Part shown: piece after piece, positions 11,283 to 22,400 of the stretch
Numbering within the stretch: position 1 is the stretch's first letter
How the letters are laid out: every line of letters starts with the position of its first letter
DNA from: Nitrospirales bacterium
GTDB lineage: Bacteria; Nitrospirota; Nitrospiria; Nitrospirales; UBA8639
Assembly: GCA_965223295.1 (NCBI GenBank)
Contig: CBDCWC010000003.1
Location: 864,001-928,000 of the forward strand
Reading direction: 5' to 3'
DNA: 64,000 bases
Made by a program: the position numbers and the translations under genes
Notes under the pieces: generated by a model
The model's database searches: none
The model's input: the letters and a program-made list of their open reading frames with translations, nothing else
What the model was told of the DNA's origin: nothing

Positions 11283-12059
11283 TCAGAATTTTCCACTGTT
11301 GTTCCAAGTCTCTTTTGGACCGATTTTCTCCTGCACGTCCCAGTGCTCAACAAACCTGCCGTCTTTCAACCGAAAGATATCAAAGAAGGCCCAGTCTTCA
11401 GCACTTACTAGCGTATGGCTCAAGGCCACCACAAAATTGCCCTGGCCGATCAAGTGGTGGACTTTGAGGTATCTCGCACCCTTGTCGCGAACCTCTTGTA
11501 GATGCTTATTAATCCCCTCCAGCCCATCCCCAATTTCGGGGTTGTGTTGGTGGCATTGTTCGCTAGAGATGTAATCCGTCACCTTGTCAAACTTGCCACC
11601 CATCAGCACGTCATCGAAAAAGGCCCGGACGATCGCCTTGTTCCCATCGGTCTTATCGAGGTCTTCAACCTCGGTCGGCCCATCAACCATCGTGCGGCCT
11701 GAAACTGTCTCCTCAACGTAAGGTGCGAGCACATCCCAATGTTCGATCATCCGGTCTTCATCATCAGTATCAAACAGATCGGCGGTGACCCATTTGGTTT
11801 CGCCCTTATTCAAGCTCTGATAGACATGGACGAAAACTTTTCGGCCATCTTCGATGGCACGGACCACCTGAATGTCACGCACGGGGTTGCGCGCGAGAAA
11901 TGGTCGAAAGAATTCCATGAACCCTGCCTTCCCATCAGCGACACCTGTGGAATGTTGGGTGTAGCGGTCGCCTATGTATTTCTCAAGCGCCTCGCGCAGG
12001 TTCCCGTCTCGAATGCCTTCGAGGTACAGGCCGATCGCGTGTTCCTTTTTGCGACTCAT
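11283..12059 (-). CDS. Tandem SnoaL/NTF2-like domain protein
   Basis: YTQHSTGVADG...IEHWD and HQHNPEIGDG...VEHWD repeats. Confidence 0.88.
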   Translation of the reverse strand: MSRKKEHAIGLYLEGIRDGNLREALEKYIGDRYTQHSTGVADGKAGFMEFFRPFLARNPVRDIQVVRAIEDGRKVFVHVYQSLNKGETKWVTADLFDTDDEDRMIEHWDVLAPYVEETVSGRTMVDGPTEVEDLDKTDGNKAIVRAFFDDVLMGGKFDKVTDYISSEQCHQHNPEIGDGLEGINKHLQEVRDKGARYLKVHHLIGQGNFVVALSHTLVSAEDWAFFDIFRLKDGRFVEHWDVQEKIGPKETWNNSGKF

Positions 12060-12134
12060 TGGGTCTCCCTCCTCTCCTTCGTCTGCTAGGTGAACAAGTT
12101 GGGATCTCTCACTCGCAGTGCTAAGATAAAAGGC

Positions 12135-12551
12135 ATGAAAACCAATAGCAATGATAGTTCCGGATCCGGCATTACTCCTTTGGAAATCATTGAGTACGGC
12201 GCTGAATTAACCCGCAGGTTTTCAGAGAAGTATGGCGGACAAACGACCATCAACCAGTTACGAGTCATTCACTCGGTCTTGACCTGCCTTTATCGGAACG
12301 GCCCTGACTACTCGTGTACCGTGAAGTGGATACATGAGGACACCGGCATACCTTTGAGCACCATAAGCCGTGCCCTGGCTGGTCTTGTCGAGACAGGTAG
12401 GATAGCCGAAGAGTCGAATCCAGATGATGGCCGTAGCCGGCTCATAAGACTCGGCCCAAAGTCGAAAAGGACTCCTGCGGACCTCAGATTTCTCGGTGAG
12501 TGGATACTAGATCGGCAGAAAAATATCCCGCCGACAAAACGGCCACCCTAA
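12135..12551 (+). CDS. MarR-like HTH regulator
   Basis: TGIPLSTISRAL...PDDGRSRLIRL. Confidence 0.75.
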   Translation: MKTNSNDSSGSGITPLEIIEYGAELTRRFSEKYGGQTTINQLRVIHSVLTCLYRNGPDYSCTVKWIHEDTGIPLSTISRALAGLVETGRIAEESNPDDGRSRLIRLGPKSKRTPADLRFLGEWILDRQKNIPPTKRPP

Positions 12552-12607
12552 CCTGATAGTCGAGGTGGGCGACGGCTCTGGATCGCAACCTACTGAAATC
12601 GGAGTCT

Positions 12608-13135
12608 TCACGGAATCCACAACGTCGGTTGAAGCCACTGTCGGGGCACAGATAGTCTTCCTGCACACGGCGTGATACTTTTTCCCAAATTTTGTGACTG
12701 CCATGCGCCCTCCCATTCAACTGACAAGGGAAATGGCGGCCTCACTAAAGACTCTGGAAGAAACCCGAGACGGCCGTAAAAAGCAGGATCCCCAAGCACA
12801 TAGACCCAATTTACGTCCTTGTCTTCTAGCCGTCGTAAGCCTGCGCGCACGATCGCACTCCCGATACTCTGCCTTTGCCACGCTGGCGCGACAGCGAGTG
12901 GCCCGAGTAGCGCAGCACTGCCATTAGTCCCATCCACGCCACATTTCGTAAAGATCACGTGCCCTATAATCTGCTTGTCAATCGTTCCGACGAGCGATAA
13001 GGCAACGGCTGCCTCGCTCAAAAGATTTCGCACAAGGGGAAGCAGATTTTCATCAGGAAACGCGTTCGGATAAAGTGACTCAATCGCCACCGAATCGCCC
13101 TGTCTGCTTTCACGGATTTCAAGCTTTTCCGACAT
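12608..13135 (-). CDS. GNAT N-acetyltransferase (YhbS-like)
   Basis: LLGPLAVAPAWQRQSIG, VLGDPAFYGRLGF; start uncertain. Confidence 0.9.
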   Translation of the reverse strand: MSEKLEIRESRQGDSVAIESLYPNAFPDENLLPLVRNLLSEAAVALSLVGTIDKQIIGHVIFTKCGVDGTNGSAALLGPLAVAPAWQRQSIGSAIVRAGLRRLEDKDVNWVYVLGDPAFYGRLGFLPESLVRPPFPLSVEWEGAWQSQNLGKSITPCAGRLSVPRQWLQPTLWIP

Positions 13136-13215
13136 TGCGGTATCCGAATACCGTCGATTGTTCATGCAGAGCACCAACCGTCATAGGGCACTATGGACCA
13201 ATTATCGTCCTTTGC

Positions 13216-13599
13216 TCACTCGTACTTCGAGACTTCGATTAGATTCAGATCCGGATCTCTAAAATAGAGTGATGTTGTTTTCCCAACCGCTCCGGTTCGT
13301 GCTACAGGCCCATCTATAATTGCGACCCCACATAGCTCAAGATGTTTTTTAGCTTCCTCTATAGGCGTTTTTAAAATAAAACATAGATCAGCACTACCCG
13401 CCCCTACCTTCCCAGCTTTTGGCTCAAATTCTTTGCCAAGTTGATGTACGTTAATTTTCTGATTCCCAAATGATAAGGCTATGCGGCCTTCACCAAATGA
13501 AACTCGCTTCATCCCTAAAACCATTTCGTAAAAAGCTACGGTCTTTTCAATATCAGCAACCGTTAGGACTAAATGATCCAAGCGATCAATTTCTATCAT
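13216..13599 (-). CDS. VOC/glyoxalase family protein
   Basis: LDHLVLTV...GSADLCF...YFRDPDLNLIEVS. Confidence 0.93.
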   Translation of the reverse strand: MIEIDRLDHLVLTVADIEKTVAFYEMVLGMKRVSFGEGRIALSFGNQKINVHQLGKEFEPKAGKVGAGSADLCFILKTPIEEAKKHLELCGVAIIDGPVARTGAVGKTTSLYFRDPDLNLIEVSKYE

Positions 13600-13844
13600 G
13601 GATAGATCCTCTGAATAATAAAGTTCATATTATGCTTGAGGTCATGAAGATTCGGGAAGACTATCACAAACCAAAACCATCTTTAGTCCGCTTTTGGATC
13701 AGGTTGGGACCATCGAAGCCCTAGAATTCATTTCCATTGGCGAACAGATATTCTCGGCGAGTTCGCAGTCATTGAGTTGTGCTAAAAATAATGAGAACAT
13801 GCTTAGAAAGTTCGGCCGTCTATCTTAATAAGGAGTATGGTGAA

Positions 13845-14210
13845 ATGATCAAATTTGTGATGTGTTTGCGCCGGCATCCAGGTATGACTCGTGAGCAGTT
13901 TCAAGATTATTGGACGAACAAACATGGCCCTTTCTTCATGAAAAATGCTGACGCGATGCGAGCAAAAAAATATGTGCAATCTCTTACGATCGATACCCCT
14001 ATAAACGAAGGATTGAGAAATTCTAGAGGCATGTTGCCAGAATATGATGGTGTCGCAGAGGTGTGGTTTGAATCAGAAAACGATCTCATGGAGGCAATGA
14101 GTTCACCGGAGGGGCAAAAACTAGGTGCCGCACTACTAGAAGATGAGGGGAATTTTATTGATCACACTCAATCTTCGGCATTCATTGTTAAGGAGCATGA
14201 ACTTAAGTAG
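13845..14210 (+). CDS. EthD-domain protein
   Basis: RRHPGMTREQFQDYW...HGP, YDGVAEVWFES, DEGNFID; AAGGAG upstream. Confidence 0.88.
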   Translation: MIKFVMCLRRHPGMTREQFQDYWTNKHGPFFMKNADAMRAKKYVQSLTIDTPINEGLRNSRGMLPEYDGVAEVWFESENDLMEAMSSPEGQKLGAALLEDEGNFIDHTQSSAFIVKEHELK

Positions 14211-14435
14211 TTGAAGACGGTTCCCAAAGTTTCACTATGAGCACTAGTTGCCATGGAATTGAGCGTCTAGTGGGACGTTAGCAGAAGAATAGGCCAGGCC
14301 GTAGATCCTCACTTTTCTCTCCCTCTAAATTGCTACTAGGAGCTACCCCGCCCCCCAGCAGCATTATCTCTAGATTTCCATGCTCACGTACATAGGGTAG
14401 GCCCCGCGGATAAAACTGTCTGTGGCCTTACTGGA

Positions 14436-14466
14436 CCTGGCTTCGCCGAAGCGGCTTCGCGCAGGC
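14436..14466. repeat. Short GC-rich REP-like hairpin
   Basis: CCTGGCTTCGCCGAAGCGGCTTCGCGCAGGC with nested CTTCG/CGAAG arms. Confidence 0.45.
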
Positions 14467-14590
14467 GAGCCGACCCTTCAATCAACTCAGGGCAGGCTTT
14501 TTCGAACTGACCTGCTACTTCTGACTGCAACTCCCTTCCTGGCCCAATATGTCCTCCTTAACCTCTGATTCAACAACTCCATTATGCATA

Positions 14591-14626
14591 TTGACAGCAT
14601 ACTGTCTTTATGACATATTACTTTCA
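14591..14626 (+). promoter_or_regulatory. Sigma70-type promoter overlapped by a putative MarR operator
   Basis: TTGACA-17 bp-CATATT; palindrome GACAG-CATA-CTGTC (14593-14606) and an imperfect second copy just before the ATG. Confidence 0.65.
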
Positions 14627-14628
14627 TA

Positions 14629-15111
14629 ATGGCACAGACCAAAGGAGTACATTTCGGACGACACCATACACCGGGCGGAGCAGCCTTTACCGAACTTCTC
14701 CTCGAAACCTTCAAACTGAATGGATTACTACTCCTCGAAGGTGATCGCCTGGTTCATCATCTGAATTTGACGAGTGCGCGGTGGCAAGTGATGGGAGCCA
14801 TTGATCTGGCACTGGTTCCGCTGACAGTGGCTCAGATCGCTCGCAACATGGGCTTACAGCGCCAAAGTGTTCAACGGCTTGCCAACGTTCTTGCCTCTGA
14901 AGGGCTTGTTCAGTATGTCGAGAATCCCCATCATCGACGAGCGAAACTTGTGCAACTGACCCAACGTGGCCACACAACCTTGAACAAGGTCAAACAGATA
15001 CAAGTCGAATGGGCAAATCAGATTTCGGCGGGAATACCAAAACGTGACTTGCGGCAAGCCGTAGACGTGCTGCGAACACTCAGCAAGCGGTTGAAAGGAA
15101 AGCGGTCATGA
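14629..15111 (+). CDS. MarR family regulator
   Basis: LTSARWQVMGAI...QRQSVQRLA...NPHHRRAKLVQLT. Confidence 0.92.
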   Translation: MAQTKGVHFGRHHTPGGAAFTELLLETFKLNGLLLLEGDRLVHHLNLTSARWQVMGAIDLALVPLTVAQIARNMGLQRQSVQRLANVLASEGLVQYVENPHHRRAKLVQLTQRGHTTLNKVKQIQVEWANQISAGIPKRDLRQAVDVLRTLSKRLKGKRS

Positions 15112-15557
15112 AAACTGGAATGATCATTCAACGCGTTCACGCCATCGCGGGTATCCTAGGCTTTCTCACTATTCTGACGTTCTGGATCTCCACAGCATGG
15201 TCAGAATTATTTGGGACTCAAGAAATGATTGCTACCGTCAAGCGCAATATCCTGTGGGGCATGCTGATCCTCGTTCCAGCGATGGCGGCCGTGGGGGGAA
15301 GTGGGTTCCGTCTCATGAGAAAGGAAAATGATCCTCTTATTTCGGCAAAAAAACGTCGCATGATGATCATTGGTCCAAACGGGCTATTCGTACTCCTTCC
15401 CGCAGCCATCTACCTCAATGCCCTAGCCTCTCAGGGCATGTTCGGGACTTCTTTCTACGCAGTACAAACCATCGAGTTGATTGCGGGCGCGGGCAATCTC
15501 ACCTTGATAGGACTCAATATGCGTGACGGTCTTCGAGCGACCGGGCGCCTCAATTAG
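15108..15557 (+). CDS. Four-TM hypothetical membrane protein
   Basis: Hydrophobic helices; ATGA overlap with the MarR gene. Confidence 0.8.
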   Translation: MKTGMIIQRVHAIAGILGFLTILTFWISTAWSELFGTQEMIATVKRNILWGMLILVPAMAAVGGSGFRLMRKENDPLISAKKRRMMIIGPNGLFVLLPAAIYLNALASQGMFGTSFYAVQTIELIAGAGNLTLIGLNMRDGLRATGRLN

Positions 15558-15874
15558 GGGTACCAGTATCCTATGCATCTAGCGAGAACATACACATCTC
15601 TCAAACAGAATTGCTATCTACACAGAGGCGCTGGAGCAACTTTGCGGAAATGGATACGGACCTGACAATATTCAATACCAATCAGAGTAAGCCAACTGTC
15701 GAAAATTGAGTTTGAGGCCAGTTGCCTTCCCATGCTGGGCTAGGAGTGCTACTATTTTCTCTCGACTACAAGTCATTGCAACAAGATAAAGAGTGTCTGA
15801 GTATCCTAATTACCCTGATAAGAAAATTCGCTGCTCCATTCCTTTTTCTACCCCTTCGGGAAAACTCAACCAAC

Positions 15875-18343
15875 ATGTCAATCCAGACTAATAACCCTAG
15901 AACACTCAGTTGGCGTCGGGTGAAAAGTCATGAACTTGCCACGTTCGTTCTTGTCTGGACCTTATCTCTGTTCGCGTCGTCCACATCCATTGCTAGCTCG
16001 TTGCCAGTTGTGAGAATTGCCGTGTTGTATGATGGACCACATTCCGATTTAGGGATGGGGAAATTTATTCGGCAGGGCCTTATCCAAAAAGAAATTCTTT
16101 CACTGACCAGGGGAGAATTTGATGTCCAGTTTCCTAAAAAATATCAAATTCATGCCGGATGGTCGGTCAAAAAAGTCGATCAAGCTCTGACAGCGTTGGT
16201 AAAGGAACCCTCTGTCGATATGGTTCTGACCTTAGGCCTCCTTGGCACGAATGCCGCACTCCACCGAAAAGGATTTTCGAAGCCAGTCATTGCCCCTTTT
16301 GTCATCGATGCGGAACTCCAAGGCGTATCTTTGGCCACAGGGAAAAGTCGTATTCCTAATCTCACGTACCTCACTTCATTTAAAAGTTTTGAACGAGACT
16401 TGAAAGCATTTATGGAACTCGTGTCATTCAAGCATCTCGCACTGATTGAAGATGCCGTGATCCCAGAAGCGATTCCGCAGATATTGGAAAAAATTAACCG
16501 CGCGGCCCGCGCCAATGATATCAGGATTTATCCCATTCGAGTGACCAGTTCTACCAAACCTCTTTGGGAACAATTACCACCAGAAACCGATGCCGTATTT
16601 GTCGTCCCCCTCTTTCGACTCCCAAGCAAAGAATTTGATTCCATGGTCCAAGGCTTTATCGAGAGAGGGCTTCCTAGTTTTTCCCTCACCGGACGAAGTG
16701 AAGTGGAGCGTGGAATATTCTCTGGCCTTGCACCCGAAACTGATTCTATCCGTATGGCTCGACGGATTGCGTTGAACGTGCACCGAATTTTACTGGGGGA
16801 ACCAGCTGAGGATCTTCCTGTTACGTTTTCCGATGGCGAACAACTCACCATCAACATGGCCACTGCTCGAGCCATTAACATCTGGCCTAGCTTCCGTATC
16901 CTGACCGAAGCCACTCTGTTGAACGAGGAATCGCAAGGGATTCCGAGGAAACTCTCTCTCTATAGCGTTGTGCGAGAAGCAGCCCATGTGAATTTAGATT
17001 TGGCTGCAGCCGATAGGCAGGTGGCTGCTGGCATTGGAGCGGTGCAGAATGCCCGTTCGGCCTTGCTCCCACAAATTTCCATCGGGAGTTCGGCCAATCT
17101 CATAGACGAGGATCGGGCCACAGGAGGGTTTGGGAATAACCCCGAAAAAGCTGCCTTTGCCCAAGGCTCCTTCGAGCAATTGCTGTATTCAGATACAGCC
17201 TGGACGAATTATACCGTCGAACAACGCAACCAAGATTCTCGAAAGGCGAACCGTCGACAAGTCGAACTGGATGTGACACAAGAAGCCGCCCTCGCCTATT
17301 TAGACGTTCTCAGGACCAAAACCATTGAATCCATTCGAAAAGAAAACCTCAAGTTAACACGATCCAATTTGGAGTTAGCGCGCATTCGAGAACAGGTTGG
17401 AGCAGCCGCACGTGATGAAGTGTTTCGATGGGAAAGTGAAATTGCCAACGGTCGCATTGACGTGCTGAATGCCCAAGCCCAACGTCAACAAGCCGCGATC
17501 AGTCTGAATCGCACCTTGTATCGTCCCCTCGAGGAGCTCTTTGAAACCACGGAGGCCGGTCTCGAAGACCCTATCTTATTTCATGATGTCGAACGAATTT
17601 TTGTCTATGTGAATAATCCGAGAAATTTTCAGATATTTCGAGACTTTCAGGTCCGCGAAGGCCTGCGATTATCTCCTGAACTCCATGGATTAGAAGCCAG
17701 CATCGCCGCACAACAACGGAGACTATTGAATGCCGAACGAGGCTTTTGGGCACCCGACCTGGTGCTGCAGAGTGATGTGAATCAGCGAATTGCTCAAGCT
17801 GGTGCTGGACAGAGCATACCTCCCGGGGTGCCGGCTCAAGATCGAACAACATGGAATCTTCAACTGGGTCTCTCCTTTCCCTTATTTTCCGGAGGGGCGA
17901 AAGATGCGACTCAGAGCCAGGCCCTTGAAACTCTTCGCCAATTGCAACTTGAACGCGAGGCCGCAGTTGGGAGAATTGAAGAACGAATTCGATCCGCCAA
18001 TATAGAAGCCGGAGCGTCTTCGGCCACTATTCGCCTCGCCCGGGAAGCTTCTCATGCTGCCCAACAAAATTTACAACTCGTACGCGATCAATATTCTCGG
18101 GGAGCCGTGGATATCATTAAACTTCTCGATTCTCAGAATGCGGCTCTTACGGCTAACCTTAACGCCGCCAACGCTGTGTACGAATTTCTCATTGATATCA
18201 TTAATATTCATCGTGCGGCAGGTTCTTTCCCATTTTTTGACTCATCAGAAGAACTCGAATCTTGGCACAACCGATTAGAAACCTATTTTCTAGAACAGGG
18301 TATCGACACCAAAACCGAGATAGTCAGGAGTCCTTTTCGATGA
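15875..18343 (+). CDS. TolC family outer-membrane efflux protein with N-terminal substrate-binding-like domain
   Basis: C-terminal half has two OEP repeats; about 350 extra N-terminal residues ending LTINMATARAI, typical of ABC substrate-binding domains. Confidence 0.82.
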   Translation: MSIQTNNPRTLSWRRVKSHELATFVLVWTLSLFASSTSIASSLPVVRIAVLYDGPHSDLGMGKFIRQGLIQKEILSLTRGEFDVQFPKKYQIHAGWSVKKVDQALTALVKEPSVDMVLTLGLLGTNAALHRKGFSKPVIAPFVIDAELQGVSLATGKSRIPNLTYLTSFKSFERDLKAFMELVSFKHLALIEDAVIPEAIPQILEKINRAARANDIRIYPIRVTSSTKPLWEQLPPETDAVFVVPLFRLPSKEFDSMVQGFIERGLPSFSLTGRSEVERGIFSGLAPETDSIRMARRIALNVHRILLGEPAEDLPVTFSDGEQLTINMATARAINIWPSFRILTEATLLNEESQGIPRKLSLYSVVREAAHVNLDLAAADRQVAAGIGAVQNARSALLPQISIGSSANLIDEDRATGGFGNNPEKAAFAQGSFEQLLYSDTAWTNYTVEQRNQDSRKANRRQVELDVTQEAALAYLDVLRTKTIESIRKENLKLTRSNLELARIREQVGAAARDEVFRWESEIANGRIDVLNAQAQRQQAAISLNRTLYRPLEELFETTEAGLEDPILFHDVERIFVYVNNPRNFQIFRDFQVREGLRLSPELHGLEASIAAQQRRLLNAERGFWAPDLVLQSDVNQRIAQAGAGQSIPPGVPAQDRTTWNLQLGLSFPLFSGGAKDATQSQALETLRQLQLEREAAVGRIEERIRSANIEAGASSATIRLAREASHAAQQNLQLVRDQYSRGAVDIIKLLDSQNAALTANLNAANAVYEFLIDIINIHRAAGSFPFFDSSEELESWHNRLETYFLEQGIDTKTEIVRSPFR

Positions 18344-19476
18344 ACACACTACTGAGTCAGTCCTTTAGATGCATTCACGCTTATTATCTGGTGAGCTCAC
18401 TTGGGATTATGCTCAGTGTTGCCTCATGCCAAGGCGAAGATCCAGTCATACCAGACGTTCTCCGCCCAGTTCGCTCCCAAACGGTCTTCTTTTCCAATGC
18501 AGAACAGATCCGAACGTTTTCCGGTGTATCAAAGTCAGGATTAGAGGCTAGCCTAAGCTTTAAAGTTTCCGGAACGATGAAACATTTGCCGGTGAAAGTT
18601 GGCGACAAAGTCAAAAAAAATCAACGTTTGGCCGAAATTGACCCTAAAGATTTTCGCTTGGAGGTTCAGCGGGCGGAAGCTGCGTTAGCGAGTGCCAAGG
18701 CAGCTTCAAGAAATGCCAGAGCCGAATATGCTCGGGTCCGTGCATTGTATGAAAACCGAAACGCTTCTAGAAATGACCTGGATCAAGCTCGTGCGACGGC
18801 AGAATCCTCAAATGCTCAAGTGCAATCAGAACAAAAGAGTCTAGAGTTAGCCAAGCTTCAATTAACCTATACTCGCTTACTGTCTCCCGCAAATTGCTCA
18901 GTTGCCTCTGTTCCCACTGAAGTCAACGAAAACGTACAAGCTGGCCAAACGATTGTGGAAGTCGTCTGTGGCTCTCATCTTGAAGTCGAGGTCGGCGTCC
19001 CAGAAATCTTTATCGCCAAGATTACACCTCAAATGCCTGTCACGGTGGCGTTTGATGCCATCAAGGGCAATCGCTTTCCTGCTGTCGTCACAAAAGTGAG
19101 CGTGAGCGCGGGAAAAAATAGAACGACATTTCCTGTTACGGTTCAGCTGCAAACAGACGTACCTGGCTTTCGATCGGGTCTTGCCTCTGACGTACAATTC
19201 ACCTTTGAAGGGAGAAAGGGGGAGCCTCGAATCTTGGTCCCGTCCGTGGCTGTGGGGGAAGATCAGGAGGGACCATTTGTGTACCTTCTAGAAGACCAAA
19301 AGGATGGAACGGGAATTGTTCGACGTCAGGCAGTTCACGTGGGTGAACTCACACCCGAAGGACTAGAAATTGTTGATGGTCTTCAAAATGGAGCTCACAT
19401 TGTGACAGGTGGAGTACGACGACTTCACGATAGTCAACCCGTTCGAATCATGACGACGTCCCCTCATCAGTCATGA
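18340..19476 (+). CDS. RND efflux periplasmic adaptor (MFP)
   Basis: Lipobox-like ASC, LSFKVSG...VKVGDKVK lipoyl half-motif, coiled hairpin. Confidence 0.92.
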   Translation: MNTLLSQSFRCIHAYYLVSSLGIMLSVASCQGEDPVIPDVLRPVRSQTVFFSNAEQIRTFSGVSKSGLEASLSFKVSGTMKHLPVKVGDKVKKNQRLAEIDPKDFRLEVQRAEAALASAKAASRNARAEYARVRALYENRNASRNDLDQARATAESSNAQVQSEQKSLELAKLQLTYTRLLSPANCSVASVPTEVNENVQAGQTIVEVVCGSHLEVEVGVPEIFIAKITPQMPVTVAFDAIKGNRFPAVVTKVSVSAGKNRTTFPVTVQLQTDVPGFRSGLASDVQFTFEGRKGEPRILVPSVAVGEDQEGPFVYLLEDQKDGTGIVRRQAVHVGELTPEGLEIVDGLQNGAHIVTGGVRRLHDSQPVRIMTTSPHQS

Positions 19477-22400
19477 ACGTCACCCAATCGGCGATCCAAA
19501 ACAGCCGCATTACGGCGGTTGCCCTTCTCATTATTCTGTTCGCAGGCATCTCATCCTACCAAGGCCTGCCTCGCAATGAAGATCCCGGATTCATCATTCG
19601 GACCGCTCTGGTCCTGACCTATTTCCCAGGAGCCAGTCCAGAACGAGTCGAGCAACTCGTCACCGACAAACTCGAAAAGACGATTCAAGAAATTCCGGAA
19701 TTAGATTTTGTGAAGAGTGAATCAAAAACAGGCGTCTCACTTATCTACGTCAATATTTTAGAAAAATTCAAGAAGATGAGGCCCATTTGGGACAATCTCC
19801 GTCGAAAGATTGATAAGGCCACGCCTGATCTTCCCGACGGGACTGTTGGCCCCTTTGTGAATGATGAGTTCGGTGATGTATTTGGCATTATTGTGAACAT
19901 CACGGGTGACGGCTTTACCTACCGTGAGATTAAGGATGTCGCCGATGATGTTCGAGACGAACTTTTACGGCAAAGTGAAATAGCGAAAGTCGAAATTTAT
20001 GGAGATCAGGAAGAACGCGTCTTCATTGAATTTAATAACGCGAGATTATCAGAACTTGGGCTCTCTCCCAGCCAACTCAGCACACTCCTCGAATCACAAA
20101 ATATCGTGATGCCCGGGGGAGACATTCGAACCCAGGATGAAAAAATCGTCTTAGAGCCATCCGGTAATTTTGAGTCAGTTGATGAAGTCCGTAGAACAGT
20201 GGTTCGTGTGCCCGAGACCCAAGAAGTATTATTTTTGGAAGACCTGGTTGATATCACTCGAGGCTATATAGATCCACCTGATGCTCTCTTACGGTCCACC
20301 GGTGAACCAGCCGTAGGTCTCGGCGTTTCCATGCAGACAGGAGGCAACATTATCACGCTAGGAGAACAAGTACGGGGCGTCCTTCATCAGGCTCTTCAAG
20401 AATTTCCCATCGGTATCGATTTTGAGGTGATTCAATTTCAACCGGATGTGGTGGATCGAAAAATCAAAAATTTTACCAATAGTCTGTTTCAAGCTGTCGT
20501 CATTGTCACGGGAGTCATGCTGCTCTTTCTCGGTGTCCGAACAGGTTTAATTGTGGCGAGCCTTATACCCATGGCCATCTTCATGGCCCTCCTTCTCATG
20601 TCCTTACTTCACATTGGATTAGATCAAATGTCCCTGGCTGCCCTCATTATCGCCCTTGGGCTTCTCGTAGATAACGCCATCGTTATGTCCGAGTCGACCA
20701 TGGTTCAAATGAATGCCGGCAAACCAGCCCTCCAAGCCGCGATTCAATCGGCCAATGAACTAAAAATTCCTCTGCTCACATCCTCGCTCACAACGGCGGC
20801 GGCCTTTTTGCCAATCTATCTAGCTGAATCGAGTGTTGGAGAATATACCGCTCCCATTTTTCAAGTCGTGACCATCACGCTCCTCTGTTCATGGCTCTTG
20901 GCCTTAACCATGATTCCCTGGTTTTGCGTACTCTTTTTACGCGTCCTTCCCATGGCCTCTGGTGATCCCTTTCAATCTCATTTCTATACAATCTATCGAG
21001 ATCTCTTAGTGTCCTTAGTCCAGCGGCCATGGCTCACCATGGGAATTGTTGCCATTATGTTCGTGAGTGCGCTCTATGGATTTGGGAAATTGCCTGTGTA
21101 TTTCTTTCCAGCCAACGACAAACCCACATTTACGGCAAAGTTAGAATTCCCGAATGGAACACCTATTGAAAAGACTGACGCCATGGTGACTCATGTCGAA
21201 CGTTTCATTCAGACGAACCTCAAAACTAATCAAACCCGTGATCAAGGCATTGTGAATTGGAGTAGTTTTATTGGAGAAAGTGCACCGCGTTTTGATTTGC
21301 CTTTTTCTCCGGTTCAAGCCAGCCCTAACTTTGCCTATCTCCTGGTCAACACGACTTCTCGAGAAATTTTCTCTGACGTCATACCCCAACTCGAGTCCTT
21401 TTGTTTAGAAAACTTTCCGGACCTCAAGGCCACGATTCGTCCATTGGAAACCGGCCCGCCCACTTATCCCCCCGTTGAAATCCGTGTGACCGGGCGGGAT
21501 ACAGATATCTTATTCGACATTATGGAAAAGGTGAAAGCTAAACTTCGGTCCATACCAGGCACCAAACTCATCGACGATAATTGGGGAGCGAGATCCAAGA
21601 AACTTATGGTAAAAATCAATCAACCACGAGCGCTCCGTGCCGGCGTCTCCAGTCAAGATATTGCCATTTCCCTACAAACATACCTTACAGGTTTAGATAT
21701 CACCCAATACCGGGAAGATGATGAACTCATCCCAGTAATCCTTCGCTCGGTTGGCGCCGAGCGGCAGGATATGAGTAAACTCGAAAGCATCAATGTCTAT
21801 GCTCAGTCTTCCGGACAGTCAGTTCCGCTCAGGCAGGTCGCTGACCTGGAGGTCGTGTGGGAGCCAGCACAAATCCATCGACGCGATCGACTCCCCACCA
21901 TCACAGTGGAAGCCGGCCTCCAAGCTGGCACCACCGCCATGGAAGTCAACGCTCTGCTTGAACCTTGGCTAGAGGAACAAGAGAAAGATTGGAGTCTTGG
22001 CTACTTTTGGGAATTTGGCGGAGAAGCCGAAACGTCTGGAAAAGGCAACAAATCTATTGGGGCCAAACTTCCGGTGGCTGGGCTCATTATCCTGTTTCTG
22101 CTAGTTGCCCAATTTAATTCCCTTCGTAAACCCATCATCATCTTGATGACCATTCCGTTAGGCTTAATTGGCGTGGTGATAGGCCTTCACCTCACTCAAC
22201 TCTACTTTGGTTTCATGCCCATGCTAGGCGTACTCTCATTGGCAGGCATTATCATTAACAACGCCATAGTGCTCATTGATCGGATCAACATTGAAGCCAC
22301 GGAAAATGGTGGAGATTTGGCCAGCGCCATTATCATGTCAGCCCAACATCGTCTCCGTCCCATTCTTCTCACGACCATCACCACAATCGGCGGGCTCATT

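Noticed and set aside
3787-14254. Spaced motifs as a CRISPR array or classical integron attC array
   Set aside because: Spacing is gene-sized, repeats are degenerate and no cas genes are present; no RYYYAAC...GTTRRRY attC structure was seen and the recombinase is not IntI-like.
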